64,000 nucleotides of DNA from an uncultured delta proteobacterium (GTDB lineage Bacteria; Desulfobacterota; Binatia; UBA9968): NCBI GenBank assembly GCA_963816145.1, contig CAWFJP010000005.1, positions 224,001 to 288,000 of the forward strand, in the 5' to 3' direction. Shown piece after piece: positions 48,657-58,099 of this stretch. The notes beneath the pieces were generated by a model. The model did no database searches. It worked only from the letters and a program-made list of their open reading frames with translations, and was not told where the DNA came from. A program made the translations under genes and the position numbers. The stretch's first letter is position 1. Each line of letters starts with the position of its first letter.

Positions 48657-49880
48657 TCAGGATGTATAGGTCGGACTCGGCAGGATCTTTGCGCTGCGCG
48701 GCAGCAGGCAAGCCATCAGGGCAACGCTGATAAACGACAAAATCCCCAGCATCCAGAAGATTGTCGGCAGTTCCGCGCTCACCAACAGCAGACCGACAAT
48801 CGATGTCGAGGTGGTTTTAGAAACCTGCTGGATCAAACGATCGAAGGAAACGATGCCACCGCGCAGTTCTGCCGGCGCGTTTTGCGTGAGCAGACTTTTC
48901 TGCATCGGCGAGATCACGCCGTTGGCGAGGCCGTAGAAAAATAACGCGCCGCCAATCAACCAGACGCCGGGAATGAAAGGCACCGCCAACACCGACGCGC
49001 CGCTGACAACAAAGGCCAGGAACAAGATGTTCGCTTTGTCGCGGCCGGCGGCGATGCGCCCGGCCTGGCTCGAAGTCATCATGGCGCCAATGGCAAAAAA
49101 GATGTAGAGCAGGCCAGCGGTGGCCGTTGAAATTCCGTGGGTGCGCACCAAGAACAGGGGAAAGTAAGTGAGAAATCCGTAGTCGAGGAAGAAGCGCAGA
49201 AAGCCGGCGGTGAACGCAATCACGAGCCGGGGATGGCGGGTCAGGCGCAGGATATCGCCCAGATAGTGGGTCGCGGGCTGTTTGTGCTTGGCTTGGGTCT
49301 CGGGCATGCAAAAGAGTGCGATCAAACCGAGTGGGATCGCCAGTATGTAAAATACAAACGGCCAGAACCAGGCGATAGTCGCAAGCAATCCGCCGAGCGG
49401 TGGAAAGATGAAGTAACCGATGCGGTCGAGAAACACTTTTAGACCTTGGCCGCTGATTTCCTTATCGCCTTCCAACAAGTCGCCGATCAGGACGATGGTG
49501 AGCGGAATCACGGCGGCAAAGCCAATGCCCTGGAGCGCGCGAAAAACCAACAGCCAAGTGAAGTTGGGCGCAAACGCCATGGCGGCACCGAACAAGCCGA
49601 ACACCATCAAACCGAAAGCGAGCAGCAAGCGCCGGCCGTAGAGATCGGCGATGACGCCGAAGATCGGCGAGAGGAAGATCGCCGGCGCGGTGAACAGCGT
49701 CATGATCCATGAGAGTTGCGCGTCGCTGACCTGAAATGGTTGAGTGAGCGCCGGCAACGCGGGCTGGATGAAATTGACCCCCATCATCAAAGCCAAACTA
49801 GCGGCATAGACGATACTCAGCGCACGCACTTTTTCCGCGGCGAGTTTTTCCAAACCAAAGAAGGCGGCGATGGAGCCCAT
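48657..49880 (-). CDS. MFS transporter
   Basis: ~12 TM segments, 'GVIADLYGRR' motif A, 'FRALQGIG'; start uncertain. Confidence 0.85.
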   Translation of the reverse strand: MGSIAAFFGLEKLAAEKVRALSIVYAASLALMMGVNFIQPALPALTQPFQVSDAQLSWIMTLFTAPAIFLSPIFGVIADLYGRRLLLAFGLMVFGLFGAAMAFAPNFTWLLVFRALQGIGFAAVIPLTIVLIGDLLEGDKEISGQGLKVFLDRIGYFIFPPLGGLLATIAWFWPFVFYILAIPLGLIALFCMPETQAKHKQPATHYLGDILRLTRHPRLVIAFTAGFLRFFLDYGFLTYFPLFLVRTHGISTATAGLLYIFFAIGAMMTSSQAGRIAAGRDKANILFLAFVVSGASVLAVPFIPGVWLIGGALFFYGLANGVISPMQKSLLTQNAPAELRGGIVSFDRLIQQVSKTTSTSIVGLLLVSAELPTIFWMLGILSFISVALMACLLPRSAKILPSPTYTS

Positions 49881-49928
49881 AGAGCCGAAAGTAGGCGAAT
49901 CGCCTGGGAAAGGCAAACTGCATGAGTC

Positions 49929-49995
49929 GAGTAATGGAGTGATGGAGTCTGTAAAGGGTTTCCGGACCAGCGAATACTCCATCACTTCAATTCCA
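49929..49995. repeat. Inverted repeat with 8-nt TGGAGT-type arms
   Basis: GAGTAATGGAGTGATGGAGT ... ATACTCCATCACTTCAATTCCA. Confidence 0.7.
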
Positions 49996-50062
49996 GCATT
50001 GGTCAGCGCGGCAGCGCCGTGATATGCATGGCGCAATTCCAACCGAGAGAAGGATAACCGCT

Positions 50063-51493
50063 ATGGCTCAAGACATGCGCACTTGGATCGATCAATTGGA
50101 ACAGGCTGGATTGCTGGCGCGCATTGGCAAACCCGTCGACCCGCGCACGCAGATGGGCGCGTTGCTCTGGCAAGCGCGCGATCGCGGTCTGCTCTTTGAG
50201 AATCTCCCCGGTTATCCCGGCTGGCGCTGTTTAGGCCAAGCGCCGGGTGACGTGGCGTTGGCGCCGGTCGCTTTCGGCAAGGCGCGCGATGAGATGATTC
50301 CCGAATTCGTCCGGCGCACGGAAACTCTCGGTAAGACTCGCTTGGTCGAGACTGGCCCCGTGCAGCAGAAAGTTTTGCTTGGCGACGATGTGGATATTAC
50401 CCAGATGCCGATTCATCAGGCCGGCATTCGCGACGGCGGGCCGTTCATTGGCTCGGGTTTGATGATTACCAAGAATCCCGAGTCCGGCCGGCGTAACTTG
50501 AGCTTTCATCGCCTGCAAATGAAGGGGCCGAAGAAGACTGGTATCTTGCTCTACCCGCGCCACGCCTGGACCAATTATCAGATGTACGAGGCGCAAGATA
50601 AGCCGATGCCGGTGGCGATCATGATTGGCCACCATCCGATGTACTATTTCGCCGCGGCGACCACGACGCAGTACGGCGTAGATGAGTTCGAAATCGCTGC
50701 GGCTTTGCTGCAAGAAGATGTCGAGTTGATCAAATGCCGCACCGTCGATCTCGAAGTGCCGGCCTGGGCGGAAATTGTGCTCGAAGGCGAGATCCCACCA
50801 AAAATACGCGAACCCGAAGGGCCGTTCAGCGAGTTTCAGGATTATTATCTCACCGGTTCCGGGCAAAATCCTATCGTCAATATCAAAGCGATTACGATGC
50901 GCAACGACGCGATCTTCAAAAACGTCCAGAACGGCACCGAGGTCGAGGGTTGCGTCTACCACAAAGTTCCCATGTCGGCGCAGATCCTGCGGCGCGCGCG
51001 CAGCGTCGGCGGGCTGGCCGATGTGCGCAATGTTTTGGTCATGCCGGGCATCTTCGGTGTGGTGGTGCAGATGAAACCGCGCTACTACGGCGAGGCGAAA
51101 AACGTATTGATGTCGGTGTTGTCGAGCGAGTACCAGCATCCCAAGATCGCCATCGCCGTCGATGTCGACGTCGATATTTTTAATTACGCCGAGGTGCTGT
51201 GGTCGATCAATACGCGGGTCAATCCATCAGAGGACATCGTAACGATTTCCGGCGCGAAGATTCACGCCATGGATCCGTCTTGTCCGGAGTTTGGCCACCC
51301 TGGCGCGCCGGGCTGGCATCGCATCGGCGGCAAAATGATTATCGACGCGACCAAGCCGCCTGAATGCGACGCCAAGCGGCGCATCGAGTTCGAGAGGCTC
51401 AAACCAGTGGGTTGGGAGACGGTGAACTTAGAGGATTTTCTGCCGGAGGGTTCGCCGCCGCTTAGAATAAAACCAAAAATACCAATGGACTAA
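50063..51493 (+). CDS. UbiD family (prFMN-dependent) decarboxylase
   Basis: DGGPFI, RNLSFHR, AEIVLEG, EGPFSEF, VDVDVDI, IIDATKP. Confidence 0.9.
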   Translation: MAQDMRTWIDQLEQAGLLARIGKPVDPRTQMGALLWQARDRGLLFENLPGYPGWRCLGQAPGDVALAPVAFGKARDEMIPEFVRRTETLGKTRLVETGPVQQKVLLGDDVDITQMPIHQAGIRDGGPFIGSGLMITKNPESGRRNLSFHRLQMKGPKKTGILLYPRHAWTNYQMYEAQDKPMPVAIMIGHHPMYYFAAATTTQYGVDEFEIAAALLQEDVELIKCRTVDLEVPAWAEIVLEGEIPPKIREPEGPFSEFQDYYLTGSGQNPIVNIKAITMRNDAIFKNVQNGTEVEGCVYHKVPMSAQILRRARSVGGLADVRNVLVMPGIFGVVVQMKPRYYGEAKNVLMSVLSSEYQHPKIAIAVDVDVDIFNYAEVLWSINTRVNPSEDIVTISGAKIHAMDPSCPEFGHPGAPGWHRIGGKMIIDATKPPECDAKRRIEFERLKPVGWETVNLEDFLPEGSPPLRIKPKIPMD

Positions 51494-51501
51494 AACGTTT
51501 C

Positions 51502-51568
51502 GTTCAAGGTTCAAGCGATCAAAGGTTCAACCTTGCTCCGTTCGGATTCCGACCTTGAACTCTTGAAC
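51502..51568. repeat. Inverted repeat with GTTCAAG arms between convergent genes
   Basis: GTTCAAGGTTCAAGCGATCAAAGGTTCAA ... CCTTGAACTCTTGAAC. Confidence 0.7.
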
Positions 51569-51588
51569 CAAGCGCGGCGAGAGCCGCG

Positions 51589-51834
51589 CTATTCATCCGA
51601 CTCGCCGAAATAGTCTCTGACAATTCTTTCCTTGATATATTCGATGGCGCCCAGGTCCTGGATGATGTCGCCGCCAGTGTCGTAGAAAAAGATGTCGCCG
51701 TTCTTGTTGCGGCCGATGGCGACCAACCAATCGAGTTCGTCACGATCTTCCAACAGATAGTTGATAGCCTGATTTGCCCCTTTGCTGGCGATGATGGTTA
51801 CTTTGGGATTAGTGGTTTTCTTTACCTGGGTCAT
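51589..51834 (-). CDS. Small hypothetical protein (81 aa)
   Basis: AGGAGG RBS, MTQVKKTTNPKVTII...DYFGESDE. Confidence 0.7.
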   Translation of the reverse strand: MTQVKKTTNPKVTIIASKGANQAINYLLEDRDELDWLVAIGRNKNGDIFFYDTGGDIIQDLGAIEYIKERIVRDYFGESDE

Positions 51835-51910
51835 TGCGCGGCCTCCTGGACCAGGAGAAAGTCTATAATAGTTAGCATAGGTAAACAACTTCGGCGGCCA
51901 GCCGCGAAAA

Positions 51911-51980
51911 GTTGGAGTATTGGAGTGATAGAATGTTGGAGTACTGGGTCCCGGACTACCCGCCACTCCATCACTCCAAT
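51911..51980. repeat. Inverted repeat with 8-nt TGGAGT-type arms
   Basis: GTTGGAGTATTGGAGTGATAGAATGTTGGAGTACTGGG ... CCACTCCATCACTCCAAT. Confidence 0.75.
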
Positions 51981-51989
51981 CTTGTTCCG

Positions 51990-54900
51990 CTACTTCATGT
52001 TGAAGTCGACGCGGTTGGGTTTCCCCTTGAGCTTGGCTTGTTCTTCGCTGGTGAGAGGTTTGGCGGCGACGATGAAAAGGCGGTCGGCGGCGACCTGGCC
52101 GGTGGCCAATAGAGCGTCGCGCACAGCTTGGGCGCGTTGGCTGGCAAGCTGGCGCATGTCGTCGTCGGTGGCTTTGGCGTTCTGCATCATCAGTTTTTCC
52201 ATCTCGGCCACCGGTAAATCCACCGCGAACCCGATCAGATTGCGCGGCTTGGGAAAGCTCTCTTCGCCGTACGCGGCCTTCAAGTACTTCGGATACTCGT
52301 CTTTGTCGAATTGAATATCGTCCAGCGAGCGCTGGGCTCCACCCTGGCGCACCAGTTCGCGCAGCTTCTGTGCCTTGGCTTTTCGTTCGATGCCGACGCG
52401 TTTCAAGCCTTCGAGATCGGTCGCGGGGTCGACTCGTCCAATCAGTTCCAAGTTAATCGATGGGCGGTTGTTCAGTGCTTTGGCGAGGGTGGCAATTTTA
52501 CTCCTGGCGGCGTCATTCAAAGTGGCCCGGCCATTGTCGAATTCAACATAGCTCAGCTCTTCACCGCTGCCGCCGCCGCTGAAGACCGCGCCGAGCAAGG
52601 AGAATGGCGCGGTGACCGCCTTGGTTAGAATGTTGACGATGATGCGCCAGACGATGCCGCCGACGCTGAACTGCGGGTCGTCCAGCGAGCCGCTGATCGG
52701 CAAGTCGATGTCGATGACACCATTGCGGTCTTTGAGCAGAGACACAGCAAAGAGCACCGGGAGTTTGGTCGCGTCTGGACTTTCGATTTTTTCGCCGAAG
52801 GTGAGCTGGTTTAAAATGATTTTGTTTTCGGCGCTCAACTTGCGATTCTCAAGCTTGTATTTGACGTTAAACGAAAGCTTGCCTTTCTCGATGCCATAAC
52901 CGACATAGCGTCCCGAGTAGGGCGTCATCGGGCTCAGCTCGATCTCTTTGGCATCGGCCACTGTGTCAAGAAATAATTCTTTCGACAGCGGATTGATTTT
53001 GCCCTTGATCTCCACCGGCGCGGCGTTGTCGAGGCGGGCTTTGATATCGATATCACCGGGCGCTTCCGGTCTGAGCTCGGAAATCGTTCCCTGGACGCCG
53101 GTGAGATTGGCGTTGTAGTTGGGTTTGATGAACAGATCGCTGAAGTTGACGTTGCCGCCGGTGAGATTGATCGTGCCAATGGTAATCGCTTTCTCTTCGG
53201 CTGCGGCGGAGGGAGCCGCGGGTGCTGGCTTGTCCGGTGCTTTTGCCTCCGGCGCTTTCACCGTGGTTTTTTCCGGCGGCGGCTCGTCTTTCTTTTCCTC
53301 GCTTTCGGGCGTGAGCTTTTGCAAATTCATTTTACCGTCAGCGCCGAGGATTAAGCGGGAGTAGAAATCGCCCAGATTGATTTCGCCGATGTTTAATTTG
53401 AAAGGTTCGAGGTTGAACTGAAGGGCGTTTAAGTTGAGGGATTTCCACTTGAGCAGGTCGTTTGAGTTGCTCTTTTCGATGGTCGCAAAGTCGGTGATGT
53501 CGACGCTGCCGTCGTAGTTGACTCGGGCCGAGCCCTCGCCGCTGCCGTCGAAATTCAGATTACCCTTGGTGCCGATGTTACCGCTGGTGAACAAGAAGTT
53601 GACTCGGTCCTCCAGATAAGGCTGAAATGGCAGGATGTCAATCCCCTGAGCATCTACCGCCAGCCGAGCGCCGACGGGCCGGGTTCCCACAGTCCCGGTA
53701 AATTTCAAGGTCCCACTATCGTTGATTGTGGCTTGGAACGTCGCTTTGCCACGCGACTTTTCCACGTTGGAAAAATTCTCGCCGCGCAGTGTTGTGTTGG
53801 ATACGACGATTCGCGCCGGTTTCGCCAGGGAGCGATCATCGTAGACAATTCTAAAGCGGTTGAAAACCACGCGCTTGGTTTGCACGGTCCAAGACGCCTG
53901 TTCCGCTTTCACCGGCTGTTTGGTTGCGCTTTCAGGGCCGCGCGTCTTGAGCAGGCGGGCGTAGCTGATCCTCCCGTCCTTTTCCCGTTGGACATAGCCG
54001 TTGCCATCCCGGGCTTCCACGGAACCAATGATGACTGAACGCTTGCCGACGTCAACCGTGGTATCTTTCACGGTCAGGAGCGGAACGCGCCATAGGGGTT
54101 CGGATTCTCCCGGCACGTCCATGCGCAATGTTCGCAGGGCTGCGTTCAGCTCGGAAAGTTTTATCTCCGGCTCGTCTGCTTTCTGCGCGAAGGCAATCTG
54201 AGTCGTAAGGTCGAGAAGGCCGCCCTTGAATTCCACTCCGATCAAGTCTCCGTAATAAGGGCGGAGTTTTTTGAGTTGCAGCGCGTGGACTTCCAATTTG
54301 CCGTCTGCCAGCAGCGGCGTCAGTTGGACAGTGCCGGCGTGAGAGAAGGTTTCTTTTGCGTCAGATTCAAACGACAGTTCGACATTAGCCTTTTTATCGG
54401 CTTCATTGCTGAGCCCCGTGACTTTGAGGCGGACATTGTCGAGGCGCGTTTTGTAGGGCTGCTGCGGTTGTTCGTCGGCGAAGTGGATCGTTGCGCCATC
54501 GAGGGCGATATCCTCGATTAGATAAACGAACGGCTTGCCGTCGTCTTTTTTTGCCGGCGCTGGCTGACTGTTGGTCGATGGCTTCACCAGATTGGCCAGA
54601 TTGATTTCACCCTTACGGTCTTGCGTGACGTGAAGTTCGAGGCCTTGGGACTTGATCGACTTGACCGTCAACTTACTGGAGAACACTTCGAAGGCGCTGA
54701 TCGTGACATCGAAGTTGGGCAGCTTGAGCAGCGGCTCGGCGCTCGGTTGCTGCATCTCAAAGGCGTTAATAATGAGATCGCCCGACAGTGCCAAAACCGG
54801 CGTGGTTTTTGGCGCCGACTTGAAGCTCGCGGTTATTTTGCCGTTGAGTTGCCCGGATGGGACTTTGAAATTCAGCGCCACCGGCGAATATTCCAAGTAC

Positions 54901-55628
54901 TTGGCGATCTCCAGTTTGTCGAGCGTGAGACTCAGCCTGCTTTCGAGCGAGTCCTTGAACGGGGTGGTCGAATCGCCGGTGAGGTGGAAGGGCGCGCCGT
55001 TGATCACCGCGGCGAACTCCGGCTTGACCTTGATCTCGACATCGGCCGGCAGGCTCGAGATAAACGGCACGCCGATCTTGAGCGCCGTGATCGAGTGCTT
55101 GGTCTGCTCCGGCTGGTCGTCGAAATCGATCTTGCCATCGATGATTTGGATGTTGTTCAAGGCAAATTTTGGCGTCGGCCCGGAGGGGCCGGAGGTGAAT
55201 TCGTCGATCAGGTCTTGGAAGTTATATTTAAGGTCCGGATGGCGTACTAAATTGATATAGGGTTTGACCAGACGCAGCTCTTTGATCACCGGCGCCAGTC
55301 GAATCAGCGAGCGAAATTCCAGATTGACGAACAACTCGTCAAACGAAAGCGCCGGCGTGGGACCCTGCTTCTCCTGCATCAAAAAGCCGCGCACCGTGGC
55401 CGTCAGCGCGTAGGGATTGAACTTAATCTGCTCGATGGTGACCGGCCGGTGCAGCTTCTTCGATAGCTCGCTGGCGATCTTGCCGCGCAAGAGCGGCGGC
55501 GCGGCGAGGCCGAGCAGCACTCCGATGGCGACGATGATCGCGGCGAACCAAATGGCGATCTTGCGGGTCCGCGGATGGCGAACGATGGAGGCGGTTTTTA
55601 TGCGCAGATCGGCAAGTTCTGGCGCCAT
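51990..55628 (-). CDS. DUF748 (AsmA-like) repeat protein with C-terminal OmpA-like domain
   Basis: 1212 aa, N-terminal TM anchor; 'LSPMTPYSGRYVGYGIEKGKL', 'LLKDRNGVIDIDLPISGSLDDPQFS', 'LASQRAQAV', 'RVDF'. Confidence 0.82.
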   Translation of the reverse strand: MAPELADLRIKTASIVRHPRTRKIAIWFAAIIVAIGVLLGLAAPPLLRGKIASELSKKLHRPVTIEQIKFNPYALTATVRGFLMQEKQGPTPALSFDELFVNLEFRSLIRLAPVIKELRLVKPYINLVRHPDLKYNFQDLIDEFTSGPSGPTPKFALNNIQIIDGKIDFDDQPEQTKHSITALKIGVPFISSLPADVEIKVKPEFAAVINGAPFHLTGDSTTPFKDSLESRLSLTLDKLEIAKYLEYSPVALNFKVPSGQLNGKITASFKSAPKTTPVLALSGDLIINAFEMQQPSAEPLLKLPNFDVTISAFEVFSSKLTVKSIKSQGLELHVTQDRKGEINLANLVKPSTNSQPAPAKKDDGKPFVYLIEDIALDGATIHFADEQPQQPYKTRLDNVRLKVTGLSNEADKKANVELSFESDAKETFSHAGTVQLTPLLADGKLEVHALQLKKLRPYYGDLIGVEFKGGLLDLTTQIAFAQKADEPEIKLSELNAALRTLRMDVPGESEPLWRVPLLTVKDTTVDVGKRSVIIGSVEARDGNGYVQREKDGRISYARLLKTRGPESATKQPVKAEQASWTVQTKRVVFNRFRIVYDDRSLAKPARIVVSNTTLRGENFSNVEKSRGKATFQATINDSGTLKFTGTVGTRPVGARLAVDAQGIDILPFQPYLEDRVNFLFTSGNIGTKGNLNFDGSGEGSARVNYDGSVDITDFATIEKSNSNDLLKWKSLNLNALQFNLEPFKLNIGEINLGDFYSRLILGADGKMNLQKLTPESEEKKDEPPPEKTTVKAPEAKAPDKPAPAAPSAAAEEKAITIGTINLTGGNVNFSDLFIKPNYNANLTGVQGTISELRPEAPGDIDIKARLDNAAPVEIKGKINPLSKELFLDTVADAKEIELSPMTPYSGRYVGYGIEKGKLSFNVKYKLENRKLSAENKIILNQLTFGEKIESPDATKLPVLFAVSLLKDRNGVIDIDLPISGSLDDPQFSVGGIVWRIIVNILTKAVTAPFSLLGAVFSGGGSGEELSYVEFDNGRATLNDAARSKIATLAKALNNRPSINLELIGRVDPATDLEGLKRVGIERKAKAQKLRELVRQGGAQRSLDDIQFDKDEYPKYLKAAYGEESFPKPRNLIGFAVDLPVAEMEKLMMQNAKATDDDMRQLASQRAQAVRDALLATGQVAADRLFIVAAKPLTSEEQAKLKGKPNRVDFNMK

Positions 55629-55723
55629 GGCGACCCTCGTCTGAGAGACTTTGCGGTGATCCTATCGCAGGGGTTGCCGCATGTCGAACCAATATGATGA
55701 ACTTATTGATCTTCAGGATTGGC

Positions 55724-56164
55724 TCAGCCACCGGTTTGGATCGTCTCTAACATCACGATGTAAGAACTCGGAATGTTCCAATGGTGCGCGCCTTCGAGGA
55801 TCAACCGTTTGTATTCCGGATTGGGCGGCGGCACATCGCTTTCTATCTCGGCGATATAGACCAGTGCTCGCAGCGGCTGGCTGCTGTTGTCCGGTGCGTA
55901 GACCGACAAAATCTCGCGGCGATATCCATCTTCGAAGCCGTCCATGATGATCAAATCGGCATCGCTCACTTCGTAGACTGCGCCCCAGACTTCCTTGCCG
56001 TTGACCGGGAAAACGTTGGCGGTGCCGCAATCGCGCAGGCGCGAGTGACGGGTAATGCCGAAATCGTAGTCCGGCAGTTTGGCGATGGTGACGAACTTCG
56101 ACGATGGGCAGCGCCGCTGCATTTGCCGCCAATTCAAATTCGATCCGTAGGCAAAATAGTACAC
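55724..56164 (-). CDS. Gamma-glutamylcyclotransferase family protein
   Basis: YFAYGSNL, VWGAVYE, MDGFE.GY. Confidence 0.88.
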   Translation of the reverse strand: MYYFAYGSNLNWRQMQRRCPSSKFVTIAKLPDYDFGITRHSRLRDCGTANVFPVNGKEVWGAVYEVSDADLIIMDGFEDGYRREILSVYAPDNSSQPLRALVYIAEIESDVPPPNPEYKRLILEGAHHWNIPSSYIVMLETIQTGG

Positions 56165-56346
56165 GGCAACCGCACCTCCAGTTCACCCGCGATCTTAAAG
56201 AATTTTCCACCCGGCACAAGCTGCCGGAAATGTGCGGGAAATCGCAATTTTGACGTAATTTGCCACTGAATTCTTTGACTTGTCCTTGTGTCCAACCAGA
56301 TATTCATGTTAGAAAAATCTCTTTGCCCGATGGGAGTTATGTCCAA

Positions 56347-56931
56347 ATGATGAGAAGATTCGCCACTTTGCTGTTGTTTTTGTCGTTGGGATTGTTGCCT
56401 GGGCGCGTATTTGCCGGTGAGCCCATTGCCCAACTTAGCGCAACCATCAATGAATTTGTCGCGATCATGGTCGACACGCCGGTGTCTGAGCTGCGCACCA
56501 CGGGTCTGCCCGATAAAGCCTTGAAGCTGATTCATAGCCGCTTCGACTTCTCCGAAATGACCAAGCGTTCGTTGGGACCGCACTGGATGAAACTCGCTCC
56601 GGCGGAGCAGGGCGAGTTCGTCGATGGGTTGACCTATCGTCTGCTCGTCACATATGGGCGCACGGTGCGCGCCTCTGGAGACGAAAAAGTTGTTTTCAAA
56701 AAAGAAACCGTAGACGGCGCCTATGCCAACGTAGAATCCACCGTGATCGGCGGCAACTCCGACACGTTGATCGATTACCGTCTCCATGAAGTGAATGGCC
56801 AATGGCGAGTCTACGACATGGTTATCGAACATGTGAGCATCGTCAGTAACTTCCGCGCGCAGTTTGAGCGCGAGATTGCGCGTTCATCGGTGCAGGGCTT
56901 GCTTGAGAAGATCAAACAGCGCCAGTCCTAG
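56347..56931 (+). CDS. mlaC: MlaC/Ttg2D phospholipid-binding periplasmic protein
   Basis: FDFSEMTKRSLG.HW, IDYRL, WRVYDMVIEHVSIVSNFRAQF. Confidence 0.8.
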   Translation: MMRRFATLLLFLSLGLLPGRVFAGEPIAQLSATINEFVAIMVDTPVSELRTTGLPDKALKLIHSRFDFSEMTKRSLGPHWMKLAPAEQGEFVDGLTYRLLVTYGRTVRASGDEKVVFKKETVDGAYANVESTVIGGNSDTLIDYRLHEVNGQWRVYDMVIEHVSIVSNFRAQFEREIARSSVQGLLEKIKQRQS

Positions 56932-56967
56932 AATTCAGCGCGGCTCATTCGTTTATTGCTACTTCTA

Positions 56968-57004
56968 ATCGGCCTAAGTTCAGCGATGAGCTTAGGCCGA
57001 TTTG
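56968..57004 (+). terminator. Rho-independent terminator after mlaC
   Basis: ATCGGCCTAAGTTCA-GCGA-TGAGCTTAGGCCGAT followed by TTTGTT. Confidence 0.75.
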
Positions 57005-57030
57005 TTCTCGCAGTGCGCTACTTCCCCCGT

Positions 57031-57056
57031 TGTCATTTCGAGCAAAGCGAGAAATC
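57031..57056. repeat. REP-like unit
   Basis: TGTCATTTCGAGCAAAGCGAGAAATC, inverted exact copy of 27100-27125. Confidence 0.75.
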
Positions 57057-57118
57057 CGTTCCGCTCGGTTAGCGATAGGCGTTGACGAACCGGGCGCACT
57101 TCGATACTTGGTCATGCC

Positions 57119-58069
57119 ATGACAAAGTTAAAAATTACCTTGGCCCTAGGCTCCTACGACCGGCACGGGCCTTTGCTTGAAGGCTGCATTCAGCACTCTG
57201 ATGTCGATATCGAATATATCGAGTGCGACCCGCAGCAGGGCAGACATGAGCGGTTCTTGCAGCACTTCGAGTTCGATGCCGCGGAGCTGTCTTTCTCCTC
57301 CTATTGCATCGCCATCGATCAAGGCATGCCGGTGCATGCCGTGCCGATATTTCCGCGCCGCCTGTTCAGCCAGTCGCAGATGTACAAGAACGTCAACTGC
57401 GGGATCCAATCGCCCAAAGACCTGATCGGTAAGCGCATCGGTTTGAGCGGCTATCAAAATACTCTGGGCGTGCGGGCCAAGGGCGATCTGACCCATTTTT
57501 ACGGCGTCGATCGAAACTCCGTGACCTGGATCACGCCCGGCAAGGAAGTCGTCGACGTCGACCTTCCAAGAGACCTAAAGATCGAGACCCGCGGCAGCAT
57601 GGTCGAGATCGAGCAGGAATTTGTCGGCGGCAAGATTCAAGCAATGTTCGTGTCGCGCTTGCCCAAGCCCTTCCGCGATGGCAATCGGAGCTTGGCCCGT
57701 TTATTCTCTGATCCGCAAGCCGAGGAGGAGCGTTACCTCCGCGAAGAAGGATATTTCCCGATCATGCATGTGCTCGCCTACAAAAAAGAATTGGAGCGGC
57801 AGCATCCAGAGTTGCCGCGCGCGCTTTTCGAAATCTTCGAGCGAGCTCGTCAGCGCGCGACGCAGCGCTGGGTCGATCCCAATTGGTCCATGGCAATGTG
57901 GGGTCGGCGCGAGCTGGAGCGGCAGAACCAATTGTGCAGCTTCGATCCGTGGAAGAATGGCCTGGTAGCTAACCGGAAAAATATCGAGCGCTTTGCGCTT
58001 TATAGCCACGAGCAGGGTTTGACCAAGCGGCGCTTAACTGCGGAAGAGCTATTTGTCGCAATTGACTAG
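57119..58069 (+). CDS. 4,5-dihydroxyphthalate decarboxylase-like protein (SBP fold)
   Basis: LALGSYDR, FDAAELSFSSY, PIFPRR, DLIGKRIG, FPIMH, YSHEQGL. Confidence 0.8.
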   Translation: MTKLKITLALGSYDRHGPLLEGCIQHSDVDIEYIECDPQQGRHERFLQHFEFDAAELSFSSYCIAIDQGMPVHAVPIFPRRLFSQSQMYKNVNCGIQSPKDLIGKRIGLSGYQNTLGVRAKGDLTHFYGVDRNSVTWITPGKEVVDVDLPRDLKIETRGSMVEIEQEFVGGKIQAMFVSRLPKPFRDGNRSLARLFSDPQAEEERYLREEGYFPIMHVLAYKKELERQHPELPRALFEIFERARQRATQRWVDPNWSMAMWGRRELERQNQLCSFDPWKNGLVANRKNIERFALYSHEQGLTKRRLTAEELFVAID

Positions 58070-58099
58070 AATCGGTCTGATGGTAAGTGGATCTCCTGG

